A stretch of DNA of 60,743 nt, counting the filler, from Candidatus Woesearchaeota archaeon (lineage in GTDB: Archaea > Nanobdellota > Nanobdellia > SCGC-AAA011-G17 > CAYFGV01): the NCBI GenBank assembly GCA_964342845.1. It is 3 parts of 3 records of this genome, joined end to end, with 100 filler letters (N's around TTAATTAATTAA, not from the genome) between each part and the next. Parts side by side here need not be neighbours in the genome. Positions count along the whole stretch, not along the records: positions 24,086 to 43,194 come from CAYFGV010000010.1; positions 43,295 to 60,743 come from CAYFGV010000011.1; 1 more part is not named here. One strand, 5' to 3'. A program made the translations under genes and the position numbers. The notes beneath the pieces are model-generated. The model ran no database searches and was not told where the DNA came from. It saw only the letters and a program-made list of their open reading frames with translations. Position 1 is the first letter of the stretch. The number at the start of each line of letters is the position of its first letter. Below are positions 40,741-52,254 of this stretch, piece by piece.

Positions 40741-42120
40741 TTATATTTTCTTTATTTTAAAACCTTTATCTGTGTCTTCTATAGAATATCCTTTAGCTTT
40801 TACTTGGTTTCTTATTTTGTCTGAAAGTTGAAAGTTTTTTTCTTGTCTTGCTTTAAGTCTTTTATTAGCTAAATCTAGAATTTCTTTTGGTATTTTATCT
40901 GTTTTTATTTTATCTAAGTTTAGGCCTAAGACTTTGTCGAAATCTAATATTGTTTTATACTTTTGTTTATTTCCTATTTTATTATCTTTTATTAAATCCC
41001 ATAAGATTGCCAATGCTTTTGGAGTGTTTAAATCGTCGTTAATTGTTTTCAAGAATTTTTCTTTGTATTTTTTAGAGTCTCCTTTTGAATCTTGATTTTT
41101 TTTGATTTCTAGAATTCTTTCTTTTAGTTTGTTGAAAGATATTTTAGCTGAGTCTAATGCTTCTAATGTGAAATTTAATTGTATTCTGTATTTTGTTGTT
41201 AAACATAGGTATCTATAATCTAATGGGTTGTAACCTAATTTTTCTAATTCTTCTACTGTATATAATCCTCCTTTTGATTTAGAAACTTTTTCTCCTTTTG
41301 ATAATAAGAATCTGCTGTGTATCCAGTAGTTAACAAACTTCTTTCCTGTTGCTGCTTCTGATTGAGCTATTTCATTTGTGTGGTGTATTTGAATGTGATC
41401 TTCTCCGCCAGTGTGAATATCAAAGTGTTCTCCAAGGTATTTCATTGACATTGCTGAACATTCTATGTGCCAACCTGGAAAACCTAAGCCGAAAGGAGAA
41501 TCCCATTCTTGTTGTCTTTGTCCTGGTTTTTCTGAGAATTTCCATAAAGCGAAGTCTGTTATACTTTTCTTTTCTTTTAGAGAAACTCTTTTTCCTGCTT
41601 GAAGTTCTTGTTTTTCTAATTTAGCTAATTTTCCGTAATCTTTTAGTTTAGATGTGTCAAAGTAAATCCCGTCTGAGGTTTTATAAGTAAAACCTTTTTT
41701 TTCTAATTTTTTAATTAAGTTGATTTGTTCTTTTATATGTTCTGTTGCTTTACACCAAATATTTGGTTCTCGAATATTTAATTTTTTGAAGTCTTGTTTG
41801 AAAATTTTTAAGTAATAGTTTGCTATTTCTGAAGCTTTTTTGCCTTCTTTTTTTGCTGCTTTTTCTATTTTATCTTCGCCTGTATCTTGGTCTGAAGTTA
41901 AGTGGCCTACATCAGTTATATTCATGACTTGTTTTACTTTTAATTTGTTGTAGAGCAGAGTTCTTTTTAATATATCAGAGAATATGTAAGTCCTTAAGTT
42001 TCCGATGTGTTGGTACCAATATACTGTTGGACCACATGAGTAAATGCTAATTTGATTTTTTTTAATTGGTTTGAAAGTTTGCTTTTTCCTTGTTAGTGTG
42101 TTATAGATTTTTAGGGTCAT
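40741..42120 (-). CDS. cysS: Cysteine--tRNA ligase
   Basis: [29 protein letters not shown]. Confidence 0.96.
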   Translation of the reverse strand: MTLKIYNTLTRKKQTFKPIKKNQISIYSCGPTVYWYQHIGNLRTYIFSDILKRTLLYNKLKVKQVMNITDVGHLTSDQDTGEDKIEKAAKKEGKKASEIANYYLKIFKQDFKKLNIREPNIWCKATEHIKEQINLIKKLEKKGFTYKTSDGIYFDTSKLKDYGKLAKLEKQELQAGKRVSLKEKKSITDFALWKFSEKPGQRQQEWDSPFGLGFPGWHIECSAMSMKYLGEHFDIHTGGEDHIQIHHTNEIAQSEAATGKKFVNYWIHSRFLLSKGEKVSKSKGGLYTVEELEKLGYNPLDYRYLCLTTKYRIQLNFTLEALDSAKISFNKLKERILEIKKNQDSKGDSKKYKEKFLKTINDDLNTPKALAILWDLIKDNKIGNKQKYKTILDFDKVLGLNLDKIKTDKIPKEILDLANKRLKARQEKNFQLSDKIRNQVKAKGYSIEDTDKGFKIKKI

Positions 42121-42282
42121 TCTTTTGTTTTAAGTGTGTATCTTTATAAATTTTGTGACTTTAATAGATGGGGAGTTTTTTGATATAAAAATCCCTGTTT
42201 GGTTTAAATATATGTTCTCTAATATATATGTTATATATTATATATGTGCTTTGTTTATAAGTATTCTTTGTTCTTTAATTTT

Positions 42283-43194
42283 ATGGGTTTATTAGGGGGT
42301 TTGGAACGGAAGTTATTGAAACCGATTACTTGGGCTACTTTAAGTTTGAGTGCTCTTAATTTTTCTGGTTGTGGCTGGGATCCTAGTTTAGTTGCTCCTG
42401 GAGAAGATGATGCTATAGGTTCTTGTGATACTCCTGGTACTGCTGTAGATGTTGCTGTAAATGATATTTATGCCTATATTGCTGATGGTTCTGAAGGTCT
42501 TCAGGTTGTGGATGTTTCTAATTCTTCTAAGCCTTTTGCTATAGGTTTTTGTGATATTCCTGGTAGTGCTACACATCTTGATGTAGAGTATCCTTATATT
42601 TGTGTTGCTGATGGTTCTGGAAGTCTCCGAGTTGTGGATGTTTCTTCTCCTATTAATCCTTCTGTCGTCGGGTCTTGTGTTTTACCTTTTTTTGGTGAAG
42701 GAGATATTTGTGTGAAAAATGATTTTGCTTATGTAGCGAGTATTTCAGATCAAGGGAGCGGGTTTAGTATTGTAGATTTTTCAAATCCTGAAAATCCTGA
42801 TGTTGTTGGTTCTTGCAGTATGGCTTATTCTGGTGGTTATGGTGCGCTTAATGGTAGTAATGGTATAGATTTAATTGGAGATGATGTATATATTACTGAT
42901 GGTCCAATTATTCATCGTATTGATGTTTCTAATCCTCTTAACCCATTTATAGATAATTCATACAACCTTCCTTTTTACGTTAATGATATTTTTGTTAAAG
43001 ATTTTTGTGCTTATGTTGCTGGAGGAAGTCTTAATGTAGTAGATGTTTCTGATTCTGATGCTTTTGATGTTTGTGGAGATTATGGAACCTCTGAAGCATT
43101 AGGTGTTCATGTTGGTGATTCTTATTTATATGTTGCTAGCGGTTCTAAAGGACTTAAAATTTTTGAGTTGGGTGAATGTGGTGTTCCTGATGAT
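42283..43194 (+). CDS. LVIVD-repeat lipoprotein (3' truncated by contig end)
   Basis: FSGC lipobox; AYIADG..GLQVVDVSN repeats. Confidence 0.82.
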
Positions 43195-43294
43195 NNNNNN
43201 NNNNNNNNNNNNNNNNNNNNNNNNNNNNNNNNNNNNNNTTAATTAATTAANNNNNNNNNNNNNNNNNNNNNNNNNNNNNNNNNNNNNNNNNNNN
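43195..43294. other. Artificial contig linker
   Basis: Same 100-nt N/TTAATTAATTAA cassette. Confidence 0.97.
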
Positions 43295-44880
43295 CATTCT
43301 ATCCTGCACATGCTTCAAACTTAATGCAAGACTGGCTAAACAATATGGGAGATTGGGGAATTTCAAGAATGAGGTATTGGGGCTTACCTCTGCCAATTTG
43401 GAAATGTGAATCTTGTAAACATGTAGAAGTTATTGGAACTAAAAAAGAACTTGAACAAAAAGCAGAGTCAGGACTAGATCAATTAAAAGAACTCCACAGA
43501 CCTTGGGTAGATAAAGTATTCTTAAAGTGTTCAAAATGTAAATCAAAAATGAAAAGAGTTCTAGACACAGGAGACTGCTGGTTAGACGCAGGTATTGTAC
43601 CTTTTTCAACTTTAAACTATTTAGAAGATAAAGCTTATTGGAAAAAATGGTTTCCTGCTAATCTAGTAATTGAAATGAGAGAACAAATAAGATTGTGGTT
43701 CTACTCTTTATTATTCATGTCGGTAACTTTAGAGAATGAACCACCTTACAAATCTATTTTAGCTTATGAAAAAGTCCATGATGAAACAGGAAGACCAATG
43801 CATAAATCTTGGGGAAATGCTATCTGGTTTGATGAAGCTGTAGAAAAAATGGGTGCAGACGTAATGAGATGGATGTATACCTCGCACAACCCACAATTCA
43901 ATCTTAACTTTGGATATGGTCCTGCAGCAGATATAAAAAATAGATTAACTATGATATTTAATCTTTCAAATTACTTAAGTCAATTAACAAAAGAAAAACC
44001 AAAAAAACCTAAAAAATTAGAAATAGAAGATCAATGGATGTTATCTAAGTTAAATACAACAATCAAACAAGTAACAGATGATTTAGAAAATCTAAAACCT
44101 CACATAGCAACCAAAAAAATTGAAGACTTCTTTACAGAAGACATATCTAGAACATACATACAGTTTATTAGGTCTAGAGTTCAAACAGAAAAAGGAAGAA
44201 ACAGAGAGTCTGCTATTTATTGCTTGTACACTTCTCTGTTAAATGTTTTAAAACTAATGGCACCTTTTACACCTTTCCTAACAGAACATCTTTATCAAAA
44301 TAAATTTAATGAACCAGAAGAAAGTATCCATTTAACTAGTTGGCCAAACATTAGTAAATCTGATCCTAAATTAGAAAACAAATTAGAAATAGTTAAAACA
44401 GTTCTACAATCAATTTTATACGCAAGAGAAAAAGCACAAATGGGTGTTAGATGGCCTTTAAATTCAGTTAAAATAATTTCAAAATCTAAAGAGTTGAAAG
44501 AAGCTGTCTCTTTATTTGAAGAATTAATTAAAACTCAGACCAATATTAAAAACTTAAAAGTAAGCTCTACTGGAAAAGGTTTAGAATTTAAATATGGTTC
44601 TGTAGAATTAGATACAAAACTAACTAAAGAATTAGAACAAGAAGGTTTTGCCAGAGAAGTAATGAGAAGAGTCCAATCATTAAGAAAAAAACAAAAGTTA
44701 CAAAAACAAGACAAAATTGAGTTATCTATCCATTCTTCTGTTAATTTAAAAGATTGGGAAGAAGAAATTAAAGATATTACTGGCTCAAAAAGTCTAAGTT
44801 TTAAAAAAGAAAATTATAAAGTTTCCAGTGTAGAAAAAATAAAAGGAAAAGAATTTGTAGTTAGTTTTAATATTTTATAG
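43295..44880 (+). CDS. ileS: Isoleucine--tRNA ligase, C-terminal part (5' partial)
   Basis: DWGISRMRYWGLPLPIW, DCWLDAG, PMHKSWGN, EGFAREVMRRVQ. Confidence 0.9.
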
Positions 44881-44969
44881 AAAATCCTTAAATATCTACT
44901 CAAACCCTTTATAAATACCTTTAAATACTTTTCGATACTATATATTCTACAGGGGGTTTAAAAAGAAAA

Positions 44970-45515
44970 ATGGCTAAAAAAGAAATACGAATCGTAAATA
45001 TAGTTGCTTCTGCTTCCCTAGAACATGATGTTCCTTTAATCAAACTAGCAGAAACACTACCTAATACAGAATATAATCCAGAACAATTTCCAGGTTTAGT
45101 ATTAAGAATCAGAGAACCAAAAACATCTGCTTTAGTATTCAGCTCAGGAAGAATAGTATGCACTGGAGCAAGATCTATGGCAGACCTAGAAAAAGCTATG
45201 AAAGAAATAGTAAAAAACATAGAAAAAATTAACATTAAGATCAAAATAAAACCAAAAATTACAGTCCAAAACATGGTTGCCTCAGGCTCAATAGGCATGG
45301 ATTTAAACCTGAATTCTTTGGCAATAGAGCTTTCAAACACAGAATACGAGCCAGAACAGTTTCCTGGATTAGTATACAAACTAGATGGTACAAGAGCTAC
45401 TTTCTTACTTTTTAGCAATGGAAAAATAGTTTGTACAGGAACTAGATCAGAAACAAAGTTAAAAGAAGCTCTTTCAAAGCTTGTTTCAAATCTTAAGAAA
45501 GTTAATAAAACCTAA
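44970..45515 (+). CDS. tbp: TATA-box binding protein
   Basis: NIVAS / NMVAS and two YxPEQFPGLV repeats. Confidence 0.96.
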   Translation: MAKKEIRIVNIVASASLEHDVPLIKLAETLPNTEYNPEQFPGLVLRIREPKTSALVFSSGRIVCTGARSMADLEKAMKEIVKNIEKINIKIKIKPKITVQNMVASGSIGMDLNLNSLAIELSNTEYEPEQFPGLVYKLDGTRATFLLFSNGKIVCTGTRSETKLKEALSKLVSNLKKVNKT

Positions 45516-45536
45516 TTTCTTTCCTTTTTTTAGGAG

Positions 45537-48500
45537 GTGAGAAGTTTGCAAATAGATGCAACTAAGCAAATAGAAAAATTCAAGGATTTTATTGAATCAA
45601 CTTACGAGAGAGAACTCCATTCTTTAATACAACAAGCTAAAATCTCCTTAATAATAGATTTCCAAGACCTGGCAAAGCATGACATAGAACTTACAGAACA
45701 ATTATTAGCCTTTCCAGAAGATACAATAAGAGCAGCAGAATTAGCACTAAATCAGCTAGAACTCCCAGAAAACATCTTAACAAGAGTAAGATTTCATAAT
45801 CTCCCAGAATCACAAAACATACCAATAAAAGACGTTAGAAGTATCCATTTAACTAAACTAACAGTTATAGAAGGCTTAGTAAGACAAGCCTCAGACGTAA
45901 GACCCCAAGTAACTTCTGCAAGATTTGAATGTCCTTCTTGTGGAAATACAATTTCAATCCTACAACTAGATTCAAAATTCAAAGAACCATCAAGATGTTC
46001 TTGTGGAAGAAAAGGAAGGTTCAGACTCCTTTCAAAAGATCTAGTAGATGCACAAAGAATCGTATTAGAAGAAATCCCAGAATCGTTAGAAGGTGGAGAA
46101 CAACCAAAAAGACTTTCAATTTTTCTTAAAGAAGACTTAGTAGAGCCAAAAATGGAAAAAAGAACTACACCTGGCTCTAAAGTAAGAATTACAGGAATAA
46201 TAAAAGAAATACCTATTCTTTTAAAAACAGGAGCACAGTCAACAAGATACGATTTAGTTGTAGAATCTAATTATATAGAACCCCTACAAGAAACCTTTGA
46301 GGAATTAAACATAACTCCAGAAGAAGAAAAGAAAATTGCAGAACTTGCAAAAGATCCTAGATTATATTCTAAAGTAATAAACTCAATTGCTCCAACTATC
46401 TATGGGTATGAAGATGTAAAAGGAGCCTTAGCTCTACAACTATTAGGAGGATCAAGAAAATTAGCCCCCGATGGAACTAAAAGAAGACCAGATATTCATA
46501 TTCTTCTTGTAGGTGATCCTGGTGCAGGTAAATCTCAGTTACTCCAATTTATTTCTAAAGCAGGCCCAAAAGCAAGATATGTTAGTGGAAAAGGTAGTTC
46601 TGGTGCTGGATTAACGGCAGCAGTTGTAAAAGATGAATTCTTAAGAGGCTGGTCTTTAGAAGCAGGAGCAATGGTCTTAGCAAATGGTGGAATTGTAACA
46701 ATAGACGAACTTGACAAGATGTCACATGAAGACAGATCAGCTCTCCATGAAGCAATGGAGCAGCAATGCATGTTGCCTGATTTTAAATTAATGCTTTCTA
46801 ACGGAGAATATGTTAAGATTGGAGAATTCGTAGATAATTTAATCAACAATAATAAGAAAAAAGTAGTAAAAGGAAAAGACTGCGAAATACTTCCTGTAAA
46901 TGATGTTGAACTAATCTCTACTGATTTTACTTCTCACTTCCCATTAAAAGCAGAAAGGGTAAGTAGGCATATCGCTCCAAAAGAATTTGTAAATATTATT
47001 CTTACAAACGGAAAAGAAATAACAGTAACTCCAGAACACCCTTGTTGGGTAGTCAGAAATGGAAAAATTATCACAGTTCCTGCAGAAAAACTAAACAAAG
47101 AAATGTATTTCCCAATACCTTCGAAAATAGATATAAATACAACAGAATATAAAAGAAAAAATGATATCCTTTGCAAAATTTTAGGATATCACTTAAGTGA
47201 TGGTTGTTATGAATTAAACAGGGGAAAGAAGAATGGAATCCAATTTTGGAATAATGATGAAATTCTAATAAATGATTATAAAAATGCAATAAAAGATTAT
47301 TTTGGTAAAACCCCTGGAATAACAAGAAGAAATCACCAATTTGCAGTAAGAGTAATATCAAAAAAAGTCGTAGAAGAATTTACTAAACTAGGGGGAAATT
47401 TGCTTGAAAAAGGAGATTTAAAAAAAGTTCCACAAAAGATAATGCAATTACCTAATGAAAATATAAGACACATATTAAAAGCTTTATTTGATGGAGATGG
47501 AACTGTTGTATTCCAGAGTAGAAATGGTTGTAAGGTTTCACTTTCCAACCAAAACAGACAGTTAATGGAACAAGTTTCAGATCTACTATTAAGATTTAGT
47601 ATCCAATCATCAATTTTTAGAGATAAAAAAGGAAATGTATGGTTATTAGATATAACTGGCCAAGAAAACCTATTGAATTTTTTATCTAATATTAGTTTTT
47701 TATCAGAAAAAAAGAAAAAAAGACTAGAAGAATATTGTGGAAAAAACAAAACTTATAGAACAATAAAAGATGTTATTCCAGAATGCACTGAAAAAATTTA
47801 TTACATTTTCAAAAAACTTAAAATCCCTGTTAAAAAAGAAATAGGTCACCAAATTGATAGAGGCGTTCAAAAACATAGGATCTTTTTACAAAAATTAGTT
47901 TTGATAGCTGAAAAATACCTAGATAAATACAGTACAAAAGATTGCAAAGATATAAGAAAAGAGCTTGAAGAGATTAAGAAATTAGCTTTTGGGTATGCTA
48001 GGTGGATGAAGATTAAAGAAGTATCGAAAATTAAGAATGATAGAATAAAATGGGTTTACGATGTAACAATAGAACCCTACCATACATTTATTTCTAATGG
48101 GATGATTTTACATAACACAATTACAATTTCAAAAGCTAACATCCAAGCCACATTAAGAAGTGAGACAACAGTCTTAGCAGCAGCAAACCCAAAACTAGGA
48201 AGATTTGATCCTTACACTCCTATAGCTTCACAAATAGATTTACCATCAACGTTGATCAATAGATTTGATTTAATATTTCCAATAAGAGACATCCCAGAAA
48301 AAGAGAAAGATACAAAGATAGCATCCCACATGCTAAGCTTACACAAAGACCCAGAAACAATAGAACCAGAACTTGAAACAGATTTCCTAAGAAAGTATAT
48401 TGCTTATGCAAAACAAAAAATACAACCTGTTTTAACAGATGCAGCAATAGATGCAATTAAACATTTTTATGTTTCTTTGAGAAACACAGATTCATCTTCA

Positions 48501-48920
48501 GAAGAAGAAATAAAACCAATACCTATCTCTGCTAGACAATTAGAAGCATTAGTAAGATTAGCTGAAGCCTCAGCAAAATTAAGACTATCTAATAAAGTAA
48601 CAAAAAAAGATGCATTAACAGCAATAGAATTACTAGAATCTTGCCTAATGAAAGTAGGATTTGACAAAGAAACAGGAAAAATAGATATCGACAGAATCTC
48701 AACAGGAATGCCAGCATCTCAAAGAGGAAAAATTGTAACTGTTAAAGAAATTATCAATTCATTTGAACAAAAAGGTTTAAAAACAATCCCAATTGACGAT
48801 ATTATTGCAGAAGCAGCTGAAAAAAACATAGAACAAGATAAAGTTGAAGAAGTAATAGAAATGTTAAAAAGAGACGGTTCAATTTTCGAACCAAAAAGAG
48901 GATGGATACAGAGGATATAA
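45537..48920 (+). CDS. mcm: MCM replicative helicase containing one intein
   Basis: Zn finger, GDPGAGKS, IDELDKM, AAANP, SARQLEALVRL. Confidence 0.96.
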   Translation: MRSLQIDATKQIEKFKDFIESTYERELHSLIQQAKISLIIDFQDLAKHDIELTEQLLAFPEDTIRAAELALNQLELPENILTRVRFHNLPESQNIPIKDVRSIHLTKLTVIEGLVRQASDVRPQVTSARFECPSCGNTISILQLDSKFKEPSRCSCGRKGRFRLLSKDLVDAQRIVLEEIPESLEGGEQPKRLSIFLKEDLVEPKMEKRTTPGSKVRITGIIKEIPILLKTGAQSTRYDLVVESNYIEPLQETFEELNITPEEEKKIAELAKDPRLYSKVINSIAPTIYGYEDVKGALALQLLGGSRKLAPDGTKRRPDIHILLVGDPGAGKSQLLQFISKAGPKARYVSGKGSSGAGLTAAVVKDEFLRGWSLEAGAMVLANGGIVTIDELDKMSHEDRSALHEAMEQQCMLPDFKLMLSNGEYVKIGEFVDNLINNNKKKVVKGKDCEILPVNDVELISTDFTSHFPLKAERVSRHIAPKEFVNIILTNGKEITVTPEHPCWVVRNGKIITVPAEKLNKEMYFPIPSKIDINTTEYKRKNDILCKILGYHLSDGCYELNRGKKNGIQFWNNDEILINDYKNAIKDYFGKTPGITRRNHQFAVRVISKKVVEEFTKLGGNLLEKGDLKKVPQKIMQLPNENIRHILKALFDGDGTVVFQSRNGCKVSLSNQNRQLMEQVSDLLLRFSIQSSIFRDKKGNVWLLDITGQENLLNFLSNISFLSEKKKKRLEEYCGKNKTYRTIKDVIPECTEKIYYIFKKLKIPVKKEIGHQIDRGVQKHRIFLQKLVLIAEKYLDKYSTKDCKDIRKELEEIKKLAFGYARWMKIKEVSKIKNDRIKWVYDVTIEPYHTFISNGMILHNTITISKANIQATLRSETTVLAAANPKLGRFDPYTPIASQIDLPSTLINRFDLIFPIRDIPEKEKDTKIASHMLSLHKDPETIEPELETDFLRKYIAYAKQKIQPVLTDAAIDAIKHFYVSLRNTDSSSEEEIKPIPISARQLEALVRLAEASAKLRLSNKVTKKDALTAIELLESCLMKVGFDKETGKIDIDRISTGMPASQRGKIVTVKEIINSFEQKGLKTIPIDDIIAEAAEKNIEQDKVEEVIEMLKRDGSIFEPKRGWIQRI
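46767..48116 (+). mobile_element. 450-aa intein with LAGLIDADG endonuclease in MCM
   Basis: MEQQ|CMLPD...VTPEHP...LGYHLSDG...LKALFDGDG...VYDVT...ILHN|TITISKA. Confidence 0.94.
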
Positions 48921-48921
48921 A

Positions 48922-49623
48922 ATGCCAGACCCAAAAAGACAAACAGCTTACAAAGTATGGATATCTGATTTAGTTAATAATTCTTTTGTTAAACAACAAG
49001 GGGAATGGGAACCTAATTTTGTAGAAGTTAAAGATAAAAAAGTTTCAAGAGTTAATTTAATAGCTAGCATAACATCTTCAACAGAAACAGAGGGTTACCT
49101 AGCTTTAACAATAGATGATGGTTCAGGTTCTTCTACCATGCTAAAAACCTGGAAAGAAGATACTAAGTTACTAGAAGAGTTTAAACCAGGAGACATAGTT
49201 AATATTGTTGGAAGAATAAGAGAATATAATAATCAAAAATATATAACGCCTGAATTAATTAAAAAATTAGACAATCCAAACTGGGAATTACTAAGAAAAT
49301 TAGAATTATTAAAAGAATATGGAAAACCTTCTAAAAAAGAACCAGAAATTGTAACAGAAGAAAAAGTTCCTGAAACTCCCCAAGAAGTTCCTAAAGTTAA
49401 AGAAGAAGTTGTCACAGAAGATATAGTAGAAGAAGCTCCGCCTTCAGAAACAAACAGACAAAAAATCTTTTCTATAATTGAAAAAGCAACAGAAGGTATA
49501 GACTTAAATGAATTAATGGAACAATCTAAATTAACAGAACAAGAGATAAATCCAATAATAGAAGATTTGTTAAAAGAAGGAGAAATTTTTAAATTAAAAG
49601 ATAAGTTTAGGTTATTGGGATAA
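48922..49623 (+). CDS. RPA32-like OB-fold protein with C-terminal wHTH
   Basis: KRQTAYKV, VSRVNLIA, IDDGSG, LLKEGEIF. Confidence 0.8.
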   Translation: MPDPKRQTAYKVWISDLVNNSFVKQQGEWEPNFVEVKDKKVSRVNLIASITSSTETEGYLALTIDDGSGSSTMLKTWKEDTKLLEEFKPGDIVNIVGRIREYNNQKYITPELIKKLDNPNWELLRKLELLKEYGKPSKKEPEIVTEEKVPETPQEVPKVKEEVVTEDIVEEAPPSETNRQKIFSIIEKATEGIDLNELMEQSKLTEQEINPIIEDLLKEGEIFKLKDKFRLLG

Positions 49624-49664
49624 TAAAAACCTTTAAATAAACCCAAAAACTTCTAAAATTCTAA

Positions 49665-50075
49665 ATGGAATCTTATGAAAAACTCTTGGACAAAGCATAC
49701 TCACAAATACCAAAAGATGTACTAGCAACAGAAAGGTTTGAAATACCTAAAGTTACAGGAAGAATAGAAGGAAATAAAACAATAATAAATAATTTCTTAC
49801 AAATAGTTTCAGCATTCCACAGAGATCAAAATCATCTATTAAAATACCTTCAAAGAGAACTAGCAACTTCTGCTTGGATTTCAGGACAAAGACTTTTTTT
49901 AGGAAGAAAAATTAGTCCAGATTTAATAAACAAAAAAATAGAAACTTATGCTAATGAGTTCGTCTTATGTAAAGAATGTAAAAAACCAGATACTAAATTA
50001 ATAACAGAAGGAGACGCATTATTTGTAAGATGTTCAGCTTGTGGTTCAAAAAACAAAATTAAATCTAAAATATGA
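49665..50075 (+). CDS. eif2b: Translation initiation factor aIF-2 beta
   Basis: RFEIP, GNKTII.NF, CKECKKPDT, CSACG. Confidence 0.93.
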   Translation: MESYEKLLDKAYSQIPKDVLATERFEIPKVTGRIEGNKTIINNFLQIVSAFHRDQNHLLKYLQRELATSAWISGQRLFLGRKISPDLINKKIETYANEFVLCKECKKPDTKLITEGDALFVRCSACGSKNKIKSKI

Positions 50076-50371
50076 AATTTTACGTAAAAATACACAAGGA
50101 TTTAAGAAGACCAGAAAGATCAGTTACAGCTATCTGCGACGAAAACCTAATCAACAAAACATTAAAAGATGAAGACATAGAAATAGAAATCACAGAAAGA
50201 TTCTATAAAGGCGATTTAAAAGATGAAGAAGAAACTAAAGAAATAATAAGAACAGCTCCAAACTTAAACATGGTGGGAAAAAACACAATAGCAGTAGCTA
50301 AAAAAGTAATAGAAATTCAAACAATAAAAACAATACAAGGAACACCAATAGCTCAAATAATTGGCTTATAA
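50072..50371 (+). CDS. DUF424 family protein
   Basis: AICDENLI, FYKG, NMVGK. Confidence 0.8.
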   Translation: MKFYVKIHKDLRRPERSVTAICDENLINKTLKDEDIEIEITERFYKGDLKDEEETKEIIRTAPNLNMVGKNTIAVAKKVIEIQTIKTIQGTPIAQIIGL

Positions 50372-50687
50372 AATGTCTATATACTCAAAAGACGGATACT
50401 TTGAATCAAAACTTCAATTAAGACCAAAAAATAAAGAAGTCTTAGACTACGTACTAAACCAGCTAAAAAAAACAAACACAAAAATAGCCAAAGAAGTTAA
50501 ATTAAAAGAAGGGTTAGACCTCTACCTCTCCTCAAGAAAAAGCACAATACAAATAGCAAAAAAACTAAAAAAAGTCTTCAAAGGAGACTTAAAAGTAACA
50601 AAAAAACTTTTTACAGTAAATAGATTAACATCTAAGAAAGTTTACAGAATAACTGTTTTATTCAGACTAAAACAAGAACCTTTATAA
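50361..50687 (+). CDS. Truncated NMD3-like protein
   Basis: YFESKLQLR, GLDLYL, KL...KKVYRITVLFR. Confidence 0.7.
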   Translation: MAYKMSIYSKDGYFESKLQLRPKNKEVLDYVLNQLKKTNTKIAKEVKLKEGLDLYLSSRKSTIQIAKKLKKVFKGDLKVTKKLFTVNRLTSKKVYRITVLFRLKQEPL

Positions 50688-50710
50688 GCCTTTATCTCTC
50701 CTAATATTCT

Positions 50711-51019
50711 ATGGAAACCGAACAACCAATAAGGGTAAGAACTCCAAGAGGAAAACAAGTTCTAGGTATAGTAGACCAAAGATTAGGAGCTTCAAGAATG
50801 AGAGTGAGCTGCCTAGACGGAAAAACAAGAATCTGTAGAATACCTGGAAGATTAACAAGATCTTTATGGGTAAGAGAAAAAAACACAGTTTTAGTAGAAC
50901 CTTGGGAATTTGGAGGAGATGAAAAAGGAGATATAATCTACAAATATACTAAAACCCAAGTAGAATGGTTAAAAAGAAAAGGTTTCATAAAAGAAATTAA
51001 AGATTTTGAAGAATTCTAA
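50711..51019 (+). CDS. eif1a: Translation initiation factor aIF-1A
   Basis: [31 protein letters not shown]. Confidence 0.94.
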   Translation: METEQPIRVRTPRGKQVLGIVDQRLGASRMRVSCLDGKTRICRIPGRLTRSLWVREKNTVLVEPWEFGGDEKGDIIYKYTKTQVEWLKRKGFIKEIKDFEEF

Positions 51020-51020
51020 A

Positions 51021-51542
51021 ATGCCAAACACAGAACTAAAAATTCCAAAAGAAAGAATCCCTATTCTTATAGGAAAACAAGGAAAAATTAAGCAAAAAAT
51101 AGAAGAAGAAACAAGCACAAAACTCCAAATAGATTCAGAAGAAGGAGATGTAATTATTTCAGGAGAAGATGGATTAAAAGTCTTACTAGCAAAAAAGATA
51201 ATCCAAGCTATTGCAAGAGGGTTTAACCCAAAAATAGCATTCAACCTATTAGAAGAGAATACATACTTAGAATTAGTCAATATAACTGAATATTCAAAAA
51301 AATCACAAAAAGCTTTATTTAGAATAAGATCTAGAGCAATAGGAACAGAAGGTAGAGCAAGAAAAAATATAGAAAAGATGACTAATTGTAATATTTCCAT
51401 TTACGGAAAAACTGTTGCAATTATCGGAAAATCAGAAGACATAAACATAGCAAAAAAAGCTATGGAACAATTAATTCTAGGATCACCTCACAGCAATGTT
51501 TATTATTTTATAGAAAGACAAAAACAAAGATCAAATCAATAA
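51021..51542 (+). CDS. KH-domain rRNA processing protein (Dim2/Pno1-like)
   Basis: LIGKQG, AIARGF, AIGTEG, GSPHSNVY. Confidence 0.88.
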   Translation: MPNTELKIPKERIPILIGKQGKIKQKIEEETSTKLQIDSEEGDVIISGEDGLKVLLAKKIIQAIARGFNPKIAFNLLEENTYLELVNITEYSKKSQKALFRIRSRAIGTEGRARKNIEKMTNCNISIYGKTVAIIGKSEDINIAKKAMEQLILGSPHSNVYYFIERQKQRSNQ

Positions 51543-52223
51543 AGAACTCCCGCTCAAAATTTCTGTTGTCCCAATAGCATTCAAAACTAAAACAGAAATT
51601 AAAATAACAAAAACAATTAAAACCCAGATAATAAATTTAGCTATTAAAACAGCAATTAAAGCATTTTTTCTAGAAATTCCTTGATACATAGAAATACTAA
51701 TCATACTTAAATAAATAATATGAACTAATTTAGCTATACCAACCAAAACAAACAAAACTCCTAAAAACCAAAACAACAAAGAACCACTGAGAGATGTCCA
51801 TATATCTGATAAAGATGAAGTTTCAGACAAACTAGCTAAAATACCTACAAAACCAAAAGAGATTAAATAAAGAACAAAATCATAAATAACACCAATAGTA
51901 TTTGAATAAACAATAGCTCTAAAACTACCCAAGTAGCCTTTCTTACCTTTAAACAATAAAACAAACAAATGCATATAAGCTACTGCAATAAAAGGAAAAA
52001 TAAAAAGTAAAACTGTTGTAATAATTAAACCAGAAATACTAGAAAAATCTCCAGAAAATAAATCAACTATAGTGTGTAAAGCATTTAATAAAAAACTAAA
52101 AAACACAAAAAACAATAAAATATTCCAATATTCAACCTCTCTAGCTTCACTTTTAAAGAACAAAGAAGGTTCCATAACTAATAACTTATATTTCTCAAAA
52201 TAATTTTTAATATCAAACTTCAT
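51531..52223 (-). CDS. YIP1-like membrane protein
   Basis: N-terminal P..FF, ~5 TMs. Confidence 0.6.
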   Translation of the reverse strand: MKFDIKNYFEKYKLLVMEPSLFFKSEAREVEYWNILLFFVFFSFLLNALHTIVDLFSGDFSSISGLIITTVLLFIFPFIAVAYMHLFVLLFKGKKGYLGSFRAIVYSNTIGVIYDFVLYLISFGFVGILASLSETSSLSDIWTSLSGSLLFWFLGVLFVLVGIAKLVHIIYLSMISISMYQGISRKNALIAVLIAKFIIWVLIVFVILISVLVLNAIGTTEILSGSSLLI

Positions 52224-52254
52224 AATCTTACTAAATTTCTCTCTTTTATATAAT

